64,000 nucleotides of DNA from Pseudomonadota bacterium (GCA_043818055.1 JBDRGF010000060.1:516-64515); one strand, 5' to 3'; shown: positions 38,879 to 49,232, counted from the first letter of the stretch. Numbers and translations are program-made. Notes: generated by a model not told the origin, from the letters alone.

Positions 38879-39706
38879 TTGACCATGAAGATAAATGATA
38901 AATCATTTTTCAATATGCCAATGGCATTGATTAAAACAGGACTGAAATTAGTTTTGTGTGATAGAGGAATGTTTATAACTGATTTTTTTCTTGCAACTAC
39001 ATTGCCTTTTCTTGTCCAGTATCTTGTCTGGTCATATGTCTATAATTCCAGGGGAATAGAGTCTATTTCGGGTTACTCATACGTCACAACAATAACATAT
39101 TATGCATTGGCAATCTTGATAGGCCGATTCAATAATGGCTATGTGGTGATTACTAAGAATGCCAATGAAATTCATGAAGGGCAATTGGAGCTGAGAATGG
39201 CAAGGCCTTTTACATTGTATCAAAAGAATTTCTTTGAATTTCTCGGAGAAAGCCTTCTTTATATCATTCCTGTGGTTATTTCGATTATTGTGTGTGCAGT
39301 TGTCTGCTTCAAATCAATCTATCTTAATCCTCTTTTTTGGATACTACTGATTCTACAATTGGTTTTATCTCAATTTCTTATTTTTAACCTCTCATGGATA
39401 TTAGCAGGAAGCACCATTTGGTTGGTGAGAGGTTTTTTTATGGCTAATTTGCTAGCGGCTTTTCAATCATTTTTTGGTGGAGAACTACTCCCAGTAGCAT
39501 TTTGGCCTTCATGGTTGATTCCTATTCTAAAATATAATCCCTTTTATTTTATTAACGGTGCAATTATAGATTCCTTCCTCCACGGAAACGAGATCGTATT
39601 AATCACTAACTGTTTCTATACTCTTGCTTATGCCTGTGTCCTATTTTTCATCGGAAAAGTTGTGTGGAGCTGTGGTTTGAAAAAATATTCTGGAGCAGGG
39701 GGGTAA
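38879..39706 (+). CDS. ABC-2 type transporter permease
   Basis: 6-TM hydrophobic profile, adjacent to the ATPase. Confidence 0.6.
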   Translation: MTMKINDKSFFNMPMALIKTGLKLVLCDRGMFITDFFLATTLPFLVQYLVWSYVYNSRGIESISGYSYVTTITYYALAILIGRFNNGYVVITKNANEIHEGQLELRMARPFTLYQKNFFEFLGESLLYIIPVVISIIVCAVVCFKSIYLNPLFWILLILQLVLSQFLIFNLSWILAGSTIWLVRGFFMANLLAAFQSFFGGELLPVAFWPSWLIPILKYNPFYFINGAIIDSFLHGNEIVLITNCFYTLAYACVLFFIGKVVWSCGLKKYSGAGG

Positions 39707-39708
39707 TT

Positions 39709-40512
39709 ATGATAAGCAAAGTAAAAAGAAAGATGCAGGGTAATATAATATCGAAATTAATGAAAGCAGCTTTGGGAGAGCAAATAGCTTATCGGTTAGA
39801 TTTAAGTTTAGACTTATTATTAGTGCTATTAATAAATGGGCTCAGGATTGCGGTTGTTGAGGCCATTATGATACATACTTCGTTGCTGGCCACTTGGAGT
39901 AAAAAAGAAATAGAAATTCTATACTTGATTGCCTTAGTGATGTCACTTTTTGTGGATTCTTTTTTAAAAAGTGTTCAACATTTTATTCATGAATATCATC
40001 GAGGAATAATAACACCTCAACTCTTAAGACCATATTCCATGACAAAATTGATTTTGCTTAGATGGATGAAACCCGCGCACGCTCTGACAGCGTTGATTTT
40101 GATGATTCCAGTATTTTACTATGGGATAGGAGGTGTAACAAATATTTCAATAGATTGGATGAGTTTATTTTGGGGAATATTTTCGTTTGTTTTAGGAGTT
40201 ATTACCATTGTTCTTTTCTCTGTTTCCCTTCATTTGATCAGTGTTTTTGCAGTAAGAGAGCTACCAATGGATTACATATTCTTTCACCTATATAGATTTT
40301 CTTATTGGCCAATTGATATCTTCCCTAAAGCGTTCCAGTTTTTTTCTATTGTAATGCCAGTGCTTGTTTGTAGTAGTGTTGCATCTGCATTTTTATCAAA
40401 AGGAAGCTCCCCCTACTTATATCTACTGGTGCTTTCTTCAATTTTTTCGTTCGTAGTCTTTAAAATAATGACAATAAAGATTAGGGGGAGATTGTCACTT
40501 ATCGGAGGATAA
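39709..40512 (+). CDS. ABC-2 type transporter permease (second)
   Basis: Hydrophobic multi-TM protein; start moved to ATG 39709, which has an RBS. Confidence 0.55.
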   Translation: MISKVKRKMQGNIISKLMKAALGEQIAYRLDLSLDLLLVLLINGLRIAVVEAIMIHTSLLATWSKKEIEILYLIALVMSLFVDSFLKSVQHFIHEYHRGIITPQLLRPYSMTKLILLRWMKPAHALTALILMIPVFYYGIGGVTNISIDWMSLFWGIFSFVLGVITIVLFSVSLHLISVFAVRELPMDYIFFHLYRFSYWPIDIFPKAFQFFSIVMPVLVCSSVASAFLSKGSSPYLYLLVLSSIFSFVVFKIMTIKIRGRLSLIGG

Positions 40513-40571
40513 GTGAAGCAGTATAGCCTTTAGAATTTAAAAACAAGAATTTGAATAAAAAGAGGTGAATT

Positions 40572-42005
40572 ATGGTCTATGATATAAAATTTCATAATTT
40601 TGAGGATCCAATCATAGCAAAATATAGTGTTTTTCCCACAAGCAGGACTCCCGAAACTCTGGAGCAACAAATTGATATTCTATCAAAGTGGAATAATGAA
40701 AAAGAGAAAATGCATAATCGAACTAAGTGGAGCGTGGAAGATTTAAATAAATTGAAAATTCAGCAGCTAAGCGTTTTAGTAGATCACGCTTTTAATAATG
40801 TTGTTTTCTATCATGAGCTCTATAAAAAATTTGGTTTTCAAGCAGGGGAAATTAGATCCTGGAAAGGCTTTGGTTCCCTTCCAGTTATTAACAAAATAGA
40901 TTTGGCAAACAACTTTCCTGATAGAATTGTGGCTAAAGGATATGTTCATAATAAGTTGCATGGGGCTAGGACATCTGGTTCAAATGGAATGCCTGTAACA
41001 ATTGTGTCTGATTGGAACAGGGTGGCTCAAGATACTATTGATCGAATGAGAATGTTTGAAATTATGATGTCATCTTCAATTGATGAGAACGACTGGAGGT
41101 ATTGTATAGATTATTCTCCATGGTGGATATCATCCTTTGTTGGAAAGTATAGATCATATACTGTTCACTTAAATTGTCCAATTGATAAGATTGTAGAGCA
41201 TATTCGAAAACTCAAACCTACTGTTGTTTGCGGTGTAGGTAACATGATTATTGAAATAGCATCTCGGTTGCCAGACGCTAAACAATTAGGAATAAAATGT
41301 TTTTCTTCTAATAGCGAGACTACATCTATTGATCAGAGGAGAAAGATTTCATCTGATATTGGTGTTCCAATACTTGATGAGTATTCCTCAGAAGAGCTTG
41401 GCTTGATTGCAACTGAGTGCAATTATGGTGCATACCATGTGGTGGAAGATTCCTGTCATGTTGAGCTGTTGTCATTAGAAGATAATAGCGAAACCAAAAC
41501 CGATGATTTAGGCAGAATAATTGGGACTGGCATGTGGAATATGGCAATGCCGATTATTCGCTATGATCAGGGAGATTTGGCAGAGTGGAGTACGTCAGGA
41601 GAGAAGTGCGCATGTAATCAAACATTTAGAAGGTTTAAATGTTTTCACGGTCGATCAGATCAGGCTCTTTTTAGTCCAGTATATGGTTTAGTTCCTCCTA
41701 TTAAAATTTTAGCAATCATGGATAACACTTTAGCTTGCACAGATTCTGGATTTTTATGTTTTCGTTTGATACAGAAAGCATTTGATACGCTAGAGCTATA
41801 TGTTGTTGTTGAAAACGATAAGAGAGAACTCAATATGAAGTTGTTTGAAAAGTTCAAAACAGACATTAACGCTCTCTTTAAATATAATATGACTATTAAA
41901 AACTTGTTTGTTGATGAGTTGCCACCTGGGAATAGCTATAAAAGAAAAACTATCGTTAATGAAATTCCGAAAAATAGTTTGAAAGAAAGGTGTTTAACCA
42001 AATGA
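40572..42005 (+). CDS. PaaK/CapK/F390-synthetase-like adenylate-forming ligase
   Basis: ANL motifs TSGSNGMP (P-loop) and YDQGD (A8-like); about 450 aa, typical of the phenylacetate-CoA ligase family. Confidence 0.6.
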   Translation: MVYDIKFHNFEDPIIAKYSVFPTSRTPETLEQQIDILSKWNNEKEKMHNRTKWSVEDLNKLKIQQLSVLVDHAFNNVVFYHELYKKFGFQAGEIRSWKGFGSLPVINKIDLANNFPDRIVAKGYVHNKLHGARTSGSNGMPVTIVSDWNRVAQDTIDRMRMFEIMMSSSIDENDWRYCIDYSPWWISSFVGKYRSYTVHLNCPIDKIVEHIRKLKPTVVCGVGNMIIEIASRLPDAKQLGIKCFSSNSETTSIDQRRKISSDIGVPILDEYSSEELGLIATECNYGAYHVVEDSCHVELLSLEDNSETKTDDLGRIIGTGMWNMAMPIIRYDQGDLAEWSTSGEKCACNQTFRRFKCFHGRSDQALFSPVYGLVPPIKILAIMDNTLACTDSGFLCFRLIQKAFDTLELYVVVENDKRELNMKLFEKFKTDINALFKYNMTIKNLFVDELPPGNSYKRKTIVNEIPKNSLKERCLTK

Positions 42006-42901
42006 AAATAGCAATTATTCATGACGAGATACATCCTCTAATAAATCAGGTTGTATCTGGGCTTGCAGAGAAAAACATAGAGGTTCATTTATTGTTATGG
42101 AATGACTTTAAATATCAATGCTCTGATGGTGTAATTGAAATATTTAATAAAGATCAGAACCTCTGTGGTTTTGATAAAATCTTTCTTGAGAGAGCTGGAG
42201 AGGAATCGCCTAGTTATTATACTCAACTCAGACTGCTTAAAATCGCCCAAAGCATGGGATGTAAGATTTTTAATGATCCATATGCGTATGAGCGTGCGCG
42301 AGATAAGGCTTCTGCGACTTTAATTTTATCTAAAAATTTACTTCCAGTACCACCAACGATTTTGGTTCACAATATAGAAGAGATTCAAGATTTTATATCA
42401 CTACATAAAGATGTAATTTGTAAACCTATACTGGGCCATAGTGGAATAGGTATCCTACCATTTTCTGAAAAGAATATTCCTTTTGATAAATTACAGGAGT
42501 TGCTTGTTAAAGATGGAGTGATGTTGCTGCAAAAATATATCAAAGGTCATTATCAGAGAGATGTTAGAGTAGATGTGGTGAATGGAAAAATTGCTCAATG
42601 TTATTATCGTTACGCTAATGACATCTCTCAGTTTCATGGTGACTATGTGGTTTGTAATGTGGCAAGAGGTGGACGGCCAGCTTTTATTGACGCTCCAAGT
42701 GATGCTAGAAAATTGGCGCTTGCAGCGGCAAAGTGTTTAGATTTGGTTGTTGCAGGAGTGGATTTTATAGAAAACGAAAACGGAGAGCTTTTTATATCTG
42801 AGGTTAACCCAGAACCTAACATGCCAGGAACTGAAGGTGTGGCATTTCCAAAAGCAATATCCAATTTTCTTTCTATTCCTTTTATAGAGGAAGAGAACTA
42901 A
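42002..42901 (+). CDS. RimK-like ATP-grasp ligase
   Basis: ICKPILGHSGIGI; GVDFIENENGELFISEVNPEP. Confidence 0.65.
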   Translation: MKIAIIHDEIHPLINQVVSGLAEKNIEVHLLLWNDFKYQCSDGVIEIFNKDQNLCGFDKIFLERAGEESPSYYTQLRLLKIAQSMGCKIFNDPYAYERARDKASATLILSKNLLPVPPTILVHNIEEIQDFISLHKDVICKPILGHSGIGILPFSEKNIPFDKLQELLVKDGVMLLQKYIKGHYQRDVRVDVVNGKIAQCYYRYANDISQFHGDYVVCNVARGGRPAFIDAPSDARKLALAAAKCLDLVVAGVDFIENENGELFISEVNPEPNMPGTEGVAFPKAISNFLSIPFIEEEN

Positions 42902-42902
42902 A

Positions 42903-44234
42903 ATGTTCAAAGAAGCTAATTCCTCCATTGAATGGGATCAAAGTATCAATGAAGAAGATGTCAAATGGTTGATAAGTTTACAGAAGAAATATTCATTTCT
43001 ACCATGCTGTCGCAATCTTGAAAATATGTTGCTTAGGCCTGTTATTTTGGATCAAGTAGCTTATCAGCAAATGCAAAATGTTGCTGCCAATGCGATAAGG
43101 ATAACGGTAGAGGTTTTTAAAAAAACTTATACCGATGCTAAAGCCCTTGCTAAGGAAAATGGAATTGATAGCAGGTTGATGGATTTTTTTACGGATAGTT
43201 TAAATTCAAATCTCTGGACATTGATGATGGCCAGGCCAGATATTATCATTGATAAAAATGGTAATATTAAAGTTATTGAACTCAACATTGAACCTTCTAT
43301 TGGAGGACTTGTTGATTGTACCGTTTTACCAGATGAATATATTAATGGACCCTCTGGCAATAAAGTAATAAAAAAAACTCAGCTACGCTTTGATCGGCCA
43401 CTCGTAGAAATGGCGGCAATGCTGCGAAATTTGTGGGGCAGCTTAGGCAATAATTCTACTCCTAATGTTGCTTTGATCGAATATCAATACGACGTATTGG
43501 TAAATCAGTTACAAGCAGAAATACTTTCAGGCATGGGTGTTTCCACATCATATGTAAGGCCATGGGAATTAAATATTAAAGCTGGGGAACATGGTCTTTA
43601 TTATGGAAATAAATTGATTGATATTGCCATAAGAAATTTTCCACTCGATGTCCCTTCAAGTGATGAAGAAATATTATCCCTAAATACTTTGTTGAAAAGT
43701 TACCAGGATAAACATGCTTTCCATTTACCAGGAGATGCAACTAGCATCATCGCTAATAAAAAATCATTTGCTTTAGTATGGGAACATATTGAGTTTCTTT
43801 CTATGTCCGATCAGCTCTTTGTTAAAAACCATATACCTTATACGAAACTTCTAACAAAAAAGACTTTGGAAAGGCATGAGGCATTTGGCAATAAAGATTT
43901 ATGGGTATTGAAAAAAAGTATCGGGCATGGCGGAAAAGATGTTCTTATTGGAAAGGATGCGGCGTCTGATAAACTATGGAATCAGATTCTCAATGAGAGA
44001 GCCTCCTCCAGGGAATATGTTATGCAAAATTTTATAGAACCATCACAAGTTGTTTTACCATTTGTGAAACAAGGTTGTTTATATAAGCAAAAAGTGGACA
44101 TAATCTTTGGTCAATATGTTTTTGGAGATCGAGCGGGAGGGACTCTTGTACGATTCAAAAACTCAGACGCAGGGGGTGCTATCAATGTCTCTCGAGGGAC
44201 TGGAGCATGTTTTTGTCTAATAAAAGCGTCATAA
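42903..44234 (+). CDS. second ATP-grasp-type ligase (GspS/circularly-permuted-like)
   Basis: DIIIDKNGNIKVIELNIEP and KKSIGHGGKDVLIG segments. Confidence 0.4.
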   Translation: MFKEANSSIEWDQSINEEDVKWLISLQKKYSFLPCCRNLENMLLRPVILDQVAYQQMQNVAANAIRITVEVFKKTYTDAKALAKENGIDSRLMDFFTDSLNSNLWTLMMARPDIIIDKNGNIKVIELNIEPSIGGLVDCTVLPDEYINGPSGNKVIKKTQLRFDRPLVEMAAMLRNLWGSLGNNSTPNVALIEYQYDVLVNQLQAEILSGMGVSTSYVRPWELNIKAGEHGLYYGNKLIDIAIRNFPLDVPSSDEEILSLNTLLKSYQDKHAFHLPGDATSIIANKKSFALVWEHIEFLSMSDQLFVKNHIPYTKLLTKKTLERHEAFGNKDLWVLKKSIGHGGKDVLIGKDAASDKLWNQILNERASSREYVMQNFIEPSQVVLPFVKQGCLYKQKVDIIFGQYVFGDRAGGTLVRFKNSDAGGAINVSRGTGACFCLIKAS

Positions 44235-44247
44235 TAACTCTGTTGTT

Positions 44248-45162
44248 TCAGCTCAAAAACTTCAACGCGCTTTGTGCAGCGATTAACCCTTGTGCAGTTG
44301 AAATTGCCGGGTTTTGTGGTAGGCCGCAGATAACATCGCCAGCTGCATAACAGCCCGGGTGCGATGTTGAGAGGGTTTCATCGACTAGCACGGTTCCTTT
44401 ATCGGAGAGCCTTATCTCGCCTTTTGCAAATTCTGTCGATGGCTGAAATTCGTGTAGATAATTAAATAGGCCAGAGGCATCAAGCTGCCTCTCCTTTCCG
44501 GTTTCGATTATCGTTATGGATTCGATGTTGCCGCTTCCATCAATCTTTCTGACGCTGCTGGAAAAAAACGTTTCGATCTTCTTTTCATTTTGAATTTGAT
44601 CAATGTGTTTGTTGCTCGCGTCCAGACGATTCGACGGAATCACAAAAAATATTTTCTCGGCATGTTTTGAGAGATCGAGGACGGCATCCACAGAGGTCTG
44701 ATTTTTTCCCACTACCACTATTTTTCTGTCATGAAAGAGGTGACCATCTTTTTTTACGTCGTATGAAACGCCAGAACCTAAAAACTGCTGCTCTCCGGGG
44801 AGATAGTTCGTCCTCTCGGATGCGCCGCTGGCTATGATGATGGTGCGCGCTTGCAGCTTTTCACCATCCGATAGAAAGATAGAAATAGATTCAGGCTCAT
44901 TTTTTTGTTTTGTTACCTGAGCGGTTTTGACGTGAGCGCCGTTTAAAGTAGCCTGTTTTCTAAGTCTTTCTATGAGCACCTTTCCGGATATGCTCTCGAC
45001 TAATCCTGGAAAATATCTGACATGAGGCAAAGACCCCATGAATCCGAAGTGGACACCCTTGTCCACCAACAGACATTTTTTTCTAAAGTTGGCCAGGTAT
45101 GTAGCCGCTGCGCACCCTGCCGGCCCGCCCCCGATGATTATCACGTCATAAAATGTATGCAT
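44248..45162 (-). CDS. FAD-dependent pyridine nucleotide-disulfide oxidoreductase (TrxB-like)
   Basis: VIIIGGGPAGCAAA Rossmann motif; second NAD(P) motif VVVGKN; C-terminal GD motif. Confidence 0.7.
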   Translation of the reverse strand: MHTFYDVIIIGGGPAGCAAATYLANFRKKCLLVDKGVHFGFMGSLPHVRYFPGLVESISGKVLIERLRKQATLNGAHVKTAQVTKQKNEPESISIFLSDGEKLQARTIIIASGASERTNYLPGEQQFLGSGVSYDVKKDGHLFHDRKIVVVGKNQTSVDAVLDLSKHAEKIFFVIPSNRLDASNKHIDQIQNEKKIETFFSSSVRKIDGSGNIESITIIETGKERQLDASGLFNYLHEFQPSTEFAKGEIRLSDKGTVLVDETLSTSHPGCYAAGDVICGLPQNPAISTAQGLIAAQSALKFLS

Positions 45163-45178
45163 AGGAACTCCTAATTTT

Positions 45179-45208
45179 GTAGGGGCGGTTCGCGAACCGC
45201 CCTAAAAC
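45179..45208. repeat. REP-like palindrome, imperfect copy (GTAGGGGCGGTTCGCGAACCGCCCTAAAAC)
   Basis: Near-identical to the element at 6344-6371. Confidence 0.65.
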
Positions 45209-45795
45209 AATGTGCCTTGAGCCTCATCCACTTCTCTCTCGCTGGGATGAGCTATTTCCCACGCGACCTCGCAGTGTCTGTTCGAGCCGTTATACTTGTC
45301 TGTGTAGAGTAACTCCTTATGTTTTGCTCCGTATTCAAATACCTCTTTCGTGATGCGGACGTCGTCCAGACAATATTTTTTCAGCTTATCCATCTCTCCA
45401 CTTCTATAATACTTGATAGCATCCAACCCGCTTCCGCTCTTGCCAATGTGTAAAGTCGCTTTAGCGACACTATCGAGGCTGACACGATGCCCAAGCCTTT
45501 TTTGCATCTCTTCCATTATATCAACCTGAGGCAGTTGTGATAGACTCATAGTGCAGTATCTCTGAAGAATAGGCGTATCAAATTTTTTACTGTTAAAACC
45601 GACCAAAACCGGCTTAAATTTTAAACGGTCTTCAAAGGCTGAGAGCTGATTTTCTTCATAGATGACGTACTCTCCCGTTTTATAATCAAAAGACCCGAGC
45701 ACTGAGATCCCAAGCTCTCGCAAATTATCCCTTCCCCCAACCTCATCGAAGAGATACTTTGTTTCTATGTCATAGACTATGATATTCTTGCCCAT
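45202..45795 (-). CDS. DEDD-family 3'-5' exonuclease
   Basis: YDIET...FNSKKFDTPIL...CLDDV motifs; start moved to MGKNIIVYDIET. Confidence 0.55.
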   Translation of the reverse strand: MGKNIIVYDIETKYLFDEVGGRDNLRELGISVLGSFDYKTGEYVIYEENQLSAFEDRLKFKPVLVGFNSKKFDTPILQRYCTMSLSQLPQVDIMEEMQKRLGHRVSLDSVAKATLHIGKSGSGLDAIKYYRSGEMDKLKKYCLDDVRITKEVFEYGAKHKELLYTDKYNGSNRHCEVAWEIAHPSEREVDEAQGTLF

Positions 45796-45858
45796 ACAGC
45801 TCGAATAACATAGGGTTATTATGGTGCAAGAAAAAAGATTTGAAACTGAGGGGGTAAA

Positions 45859-46296
45859 ATGAAGGTGCTTATTCAGAGGGTCGCTAAAGCCTCTGTCGAG
45901 GTCGAAGGTGAGGTGGTGGGCAAGATAGGCACGGGGCTGGTCCTCTTTTTTTGTGCGGAGGTGGGTGATGAAGAGACGCAAATTGAAAAGCTAGCGAACA
46001 AAGTGGCAAATTTGAGAATTTTCCCCGATAATGATGGAAAGATGAATCTCTCTGTCAGCGATATCAAAGGGGAGGTTTTGTCCATTTCCCAATTCACGCT
46101 GGCGGCCGATGTTGAGAAGGGAAATCGACCCTCATTCACAAAGGCCATGCCTCCCGAGGAGGCGGCGCGGTTTTATACACTTTTTTCAGAGGCGCTTGAA
46201 ATGCGGGGGCTGAAAGTAGCCAAGGGGATATTCGCCGCTCACATGTTGGTCAATATCTCAAATGATGGACCGGTCACGATAATGATTGGAGTGTAG
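45859..46296 (+). CDS. dtd: D-aminoacyl-tRNA deacylase
   Basis: MKVLIQRV...SQFTLAAD...NDGPVT; 145 aa. Confidence 0.9.
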   Translation: MKVLIQRVAKASVEVEGEVVGKIGTGLVLFFCAEVGDEETQIEKLANKVANLRIFPDNDGKMNLSVSDIKGEVLSISQFTLAADVEKGNRPSFTKAMPPEEAARFYTLFSEALEMRGLKVAKGIFAAHMLVNISNDGPVTIMIGV

Positions 46297-46343
46297 TGTA
46301 CAGTTTACAGTTCGCAGTACAAAGTGTATAGTGATGCGGTTTT

Positions 46344-46401
46344 GTAGGGGCAGACCCATGTGTCTGCCCTCGAGAGGGCGAACACGCGGGTTCGCCCCTA
46401 C
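46344..46401. repeat. REP-family element with two internal hairpins bounded by GTAGGGG...CCCCTAC
   Basis: Hairpins GGGCAGAC/GTCTGCCC and GGGCGAAC/GTTCGCCC. Confidence 0.6.
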
Positions 46402-46421
46402 ATCATTAGAATGGGGGATTT

Positions 46422-47264
46422 ATGAAGCGGACATTCTTATTCATCTCAATTCTTTTTTTAATCGGCACATCTGCCTTTGCCGCCAAATCTACGATGGATG
46501 ATGCTGATGCCAAACTAAAGAGCGGTGATTTGAAGGGGGCGGCTGTTGCTTATATTGATTATTATAACAATAACAAGAGGGACAAGTCCTCTGCGCGCGC
46601 GCTGGCGATGACGGGAAGGATCATGGACAAGTTGCGGGAGGTTGTCAGCGAAGAGGCAGAGAAGAAATGCTACTGGGGAAAGAACACCCCCAAGACACCT
46701 CAGTGCATGGAAAAAGAGGTTAAGGAATACAATAAGATATTCGGCAAGGATGCTCTAGAATATATAGGGGGGACGAGCATCGCTTACATTGATTATACAG
46801 GATCTCATTACAAGGAGCTGCTTAAAAAGTTCAAGAACAACAAGTATAGCGAGGAGGCAGAATTTTATCTCATGCTTCAAAACCTAAAAGGCCATCCGGA
46901 CGAGGTGCTCCCTAAGGTGAAAAGTTTTCTTGGCGAGCGCAAATCTGGCGAGTGGAAGAAGAGATCTCTTCTACTGTGGGCAAGAGTGAATCAGGATGTA
47001 TGGAACGTCTGGAAGGAATGGAGCTGGGTTGTATTCAATAAGAAAATTTCAGATGATGAGATGATCGTCAGGGCCGAACCGTATCGTCAGGAGGCCTTGA
47101 AAACTTTTTCCCAGATCAAGGGTAATAGTGGATTTATTGGAAAGGCTGCGAAGAGTGAATATAAGATGCTTAATGATCAGGTTGATGACGGCATCCATTA
47201 CAGCATTACAAACGATTCAACGCCCGGCACCTGGGCCAACTGGGGACTCAGCCTTACGGATTAG
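46422..47264 (+). CDS. secreted hypothetical protein
   Basis: Signal peptide MKRTFLFISILFLIGTSAFA. Confidence 0.45.
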   Translation: MKRTFLFISILFLIGTSAFAAKSTMDDADAKLKSGDLKGAAVAYIDYYNNNKRDKSSARALAMTGRIMDKLREVVSEEAEKKCYWGKNTPKTPQCMEKEVKEYNKIFGKDALEYIGGTSIAYIDYTGSHYKELLKKFKNNKYSEEAEFYLMLQNLKGHPDEVLPKVKSFLGERKSGEWKKRSLLLWARVNQDVWNVWKEWSWVVFNKKISDDEMIVRAEPYRQEALKTFSQIKGNSGFIGKAAKSEYKMLNDQVDDGIHYSITNDSTPGTWANWGLSLTD

Positions 47265-47270
47265 ACCTAT

Positions 47271-49232
47271 ATGCTTGAATCATTATATCAACACATATCT
47301 ATTCAGGGCGTTCTATGGCTGATGTTGCTTATCCCGCTCGTGGTTTTTTTTGTCTCCTCCCTTTGCTTTTTTTTGAATGGGTTCATTTCCAAACGCATTC
47401 CACTGGCATTCACAAATACCGCTCTTTTTATCGGCAGCGCGCTTTCGTTGTTCATCAGCTCGACGGTCTTTTTTACGCTCAGAGGATTTAAGGAGGTAGG
47501 ATCCACTCTCATAACAGGGCCTTTGTTTCGGTGGGCGGTTTCAAAGGGATTCATTGTCGAGATTGGACTTATAGTTGATGAACTGAATCTTGTGGCGCTG
47601 CTTCTCGTATCGTTTCTCTTCTTCATGGCGCATCTCTATTATTTCTCATATCCCAAAGAAGAATCTCTGGGGGCTAGAATCTTCCTGCCCCTTTCGCAAT
47701 TTTTTCTGACGATGACTATTCTCTCCGACAATCTCGTCTTGGTATTTGTCGGATGGGTTGGTCTGGCGTTTACTTCGTTCCTGGCCATTATGAATATTGG
47801 TGATGAGTTGGGCAACAAAAGGGCTTTTTGTTTTGTCAGCATAAGCATGCTCGCGGATATGATCCTTTTGATTTTTATCTTCCTCATCTTTGCAACTATG
47901 TCTGCACCTCAGATGACGGAGCTCAAGGAACTCTTCGTCTTTAAATCGATCGAAAATATGGTGCCATATCTTCTGCCGATGTCGCTGCCTCTTGGGCTTT
48001 TGATGGTCGCAGCTATTATCCTCAAGACAATTCCATATCCATTTACTCTCTGGTTTAGCTCCGGCAATAAATTACCATCCCATCTGTGGGCGCACATGCT
48101 CATCGGGCAGGGTATCTTTGCTGCAATTTATTTTGGTTTAAGGATGAATTTTCTCGTAGCGCTCAACCCCTTTGTTCTTGGGATCTTAAGCAGCGTCGGA
48201 CTTTTTCTGGCGATTTTGATGGCGATATTATCATTGGCCGAGAGGGATGCCTTTGTCTCACTCTGGTATCTCTTATTGGCGGAGGTGGGAGTTATTCTGG
48301 CCAGTTTAGGAAAAGGGATGTTTGTCGGAGCAGCGACTCACTTAGTTGCCTTTGGAACATTCGCGCTTCTTATTCTCTTTTGTGTTTCATCCGCTGTCAA
48401 AGCCGCTGGTGGTAGAAGGGATTTAAAGCAGCTGGGAGGATTAGGCAGGAGAATGCCTATCAGCCGATGGGGGGCTTTGATTGGAGGTTTATCGCTTGCC
48501 GGAATCGCCCCGACAATTGGAGCGGTGACGAAAGAGGGGGTTCTCTGGAGCGCCTACTCTTCACAAGGGCTTTGGTTGTGGATCCTCTATCTTGTCGCAG
48601 CTGCATTGAGCGCCTTTGCTATCTTTCGAATAGTTGGATATATATTTTTAGGGGATAGCACCCTCACAGAGGAGGAATGGTTTAAGGTTGCGGAGGTTGG
48701 ACCCGCTTCGATGATGAGCCAGATGATTCTCATGGCTGGAATCCTCTTCTGTTCATGGCTTGCATTTCCCTCCTTTTTTGGAGGGAGTGACTGGATTGCG
48801 AATTGGTTTTCCGGTATTTTGGTGGACAGAGCTTCCGCGGTATCGACCGGATCGGTCAGATATCTTCTTATGATAATATTCGAGGTGGTTATTTTACACG
48901 CCGTAGTTTTGAGTTCAGTCATCTATTCGCAGAGAAGGGACTGGGTGGATGGAATCGGCGATCGACTCTCTTACATTTCAAAAGCAACGAAGCAGGGTTT
49001 TTATTTGCCGAAGTTGTTCATGAATTGGCTGCCTTGGTTTTTTGTTACCATTAAAAATTTCATAGGCGCCAGCATTATAGACAGTTTCACAACAGAGCTC
49101 ATCTCGGGATTCGGCGCGCTCTGTGATTCGACTGCTTGTGTAGTCGCTTATGTGAACAAGAGAAACAGATATTTTTTACTCGCGTCGCTATTTTTTGCGC
49201 TGAGCTTTTTGTGTCTTTTAATGTTTGTGTGA
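47271..49232 (+). CDS. degenerate NuoL/MrpA-like antiporter-type membrane subunit
   Basis: 16 or more TM segments. The segment WFSSGNKLPSHLWAHMLIGQGIFAAIYFGLR aligns to the NuoL [31 protein letters not shown] core, with the key residues replaced. Confidence 0.5.
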   Translation: MLESLYQHISIQGVLWLMLLIPLVVFFVSSLCFFLNGFISKRIPLAFTNTALFIGSALSLFISSTVFFTLRGFKEVGSTLITGPLFRWAVSKGFIVEIGLIVDELNLVALLLVSFLFFMAHLYYFSYPKEESLGARIFLPLSQFFLTMTILSDNLVLVFVGWVGLAFTSFLAIMNIGDELGNKRAFCFVSISMLADMILLIFIFLIFATMSAPQMTELKELFVFKSIENMVPYLLPMSLPLGLLMVAAIILKTIPYPFTLWFSSGNKLPSHLWAHMLIGQGIFAAIYFGLRMNFLVALNPFVLGILSSVGLFLAILMAILSLAERDAFVSLWYLLLAEVGVILASLGKGMFVGAATHLVAFGTFALLILFCVSSAVKAAGGRRDLKQLGGLGRRMPISRWGALIGGLSLAGIAPTIGAVTKEGVLWSAYSSQGLWLWILYLVAAALSAFAIFRIVGYIFLGDSTLTEEEWFKVAEVGPASMMSQMILMAGILFCSWLAFPSFFGGSDWIANWFSGILVDRASAVSTGSVRYLLMIIFEVVILHAVVLSSVIYSQRRDWVDGIGDRLSYISKATKQGFYLPKLFMNWLPWFFVTIKNFIGASIIDSFTTELISGFGALCDSTACVVAYVNKRNRYFLLASLFFALSFLCLLMFV

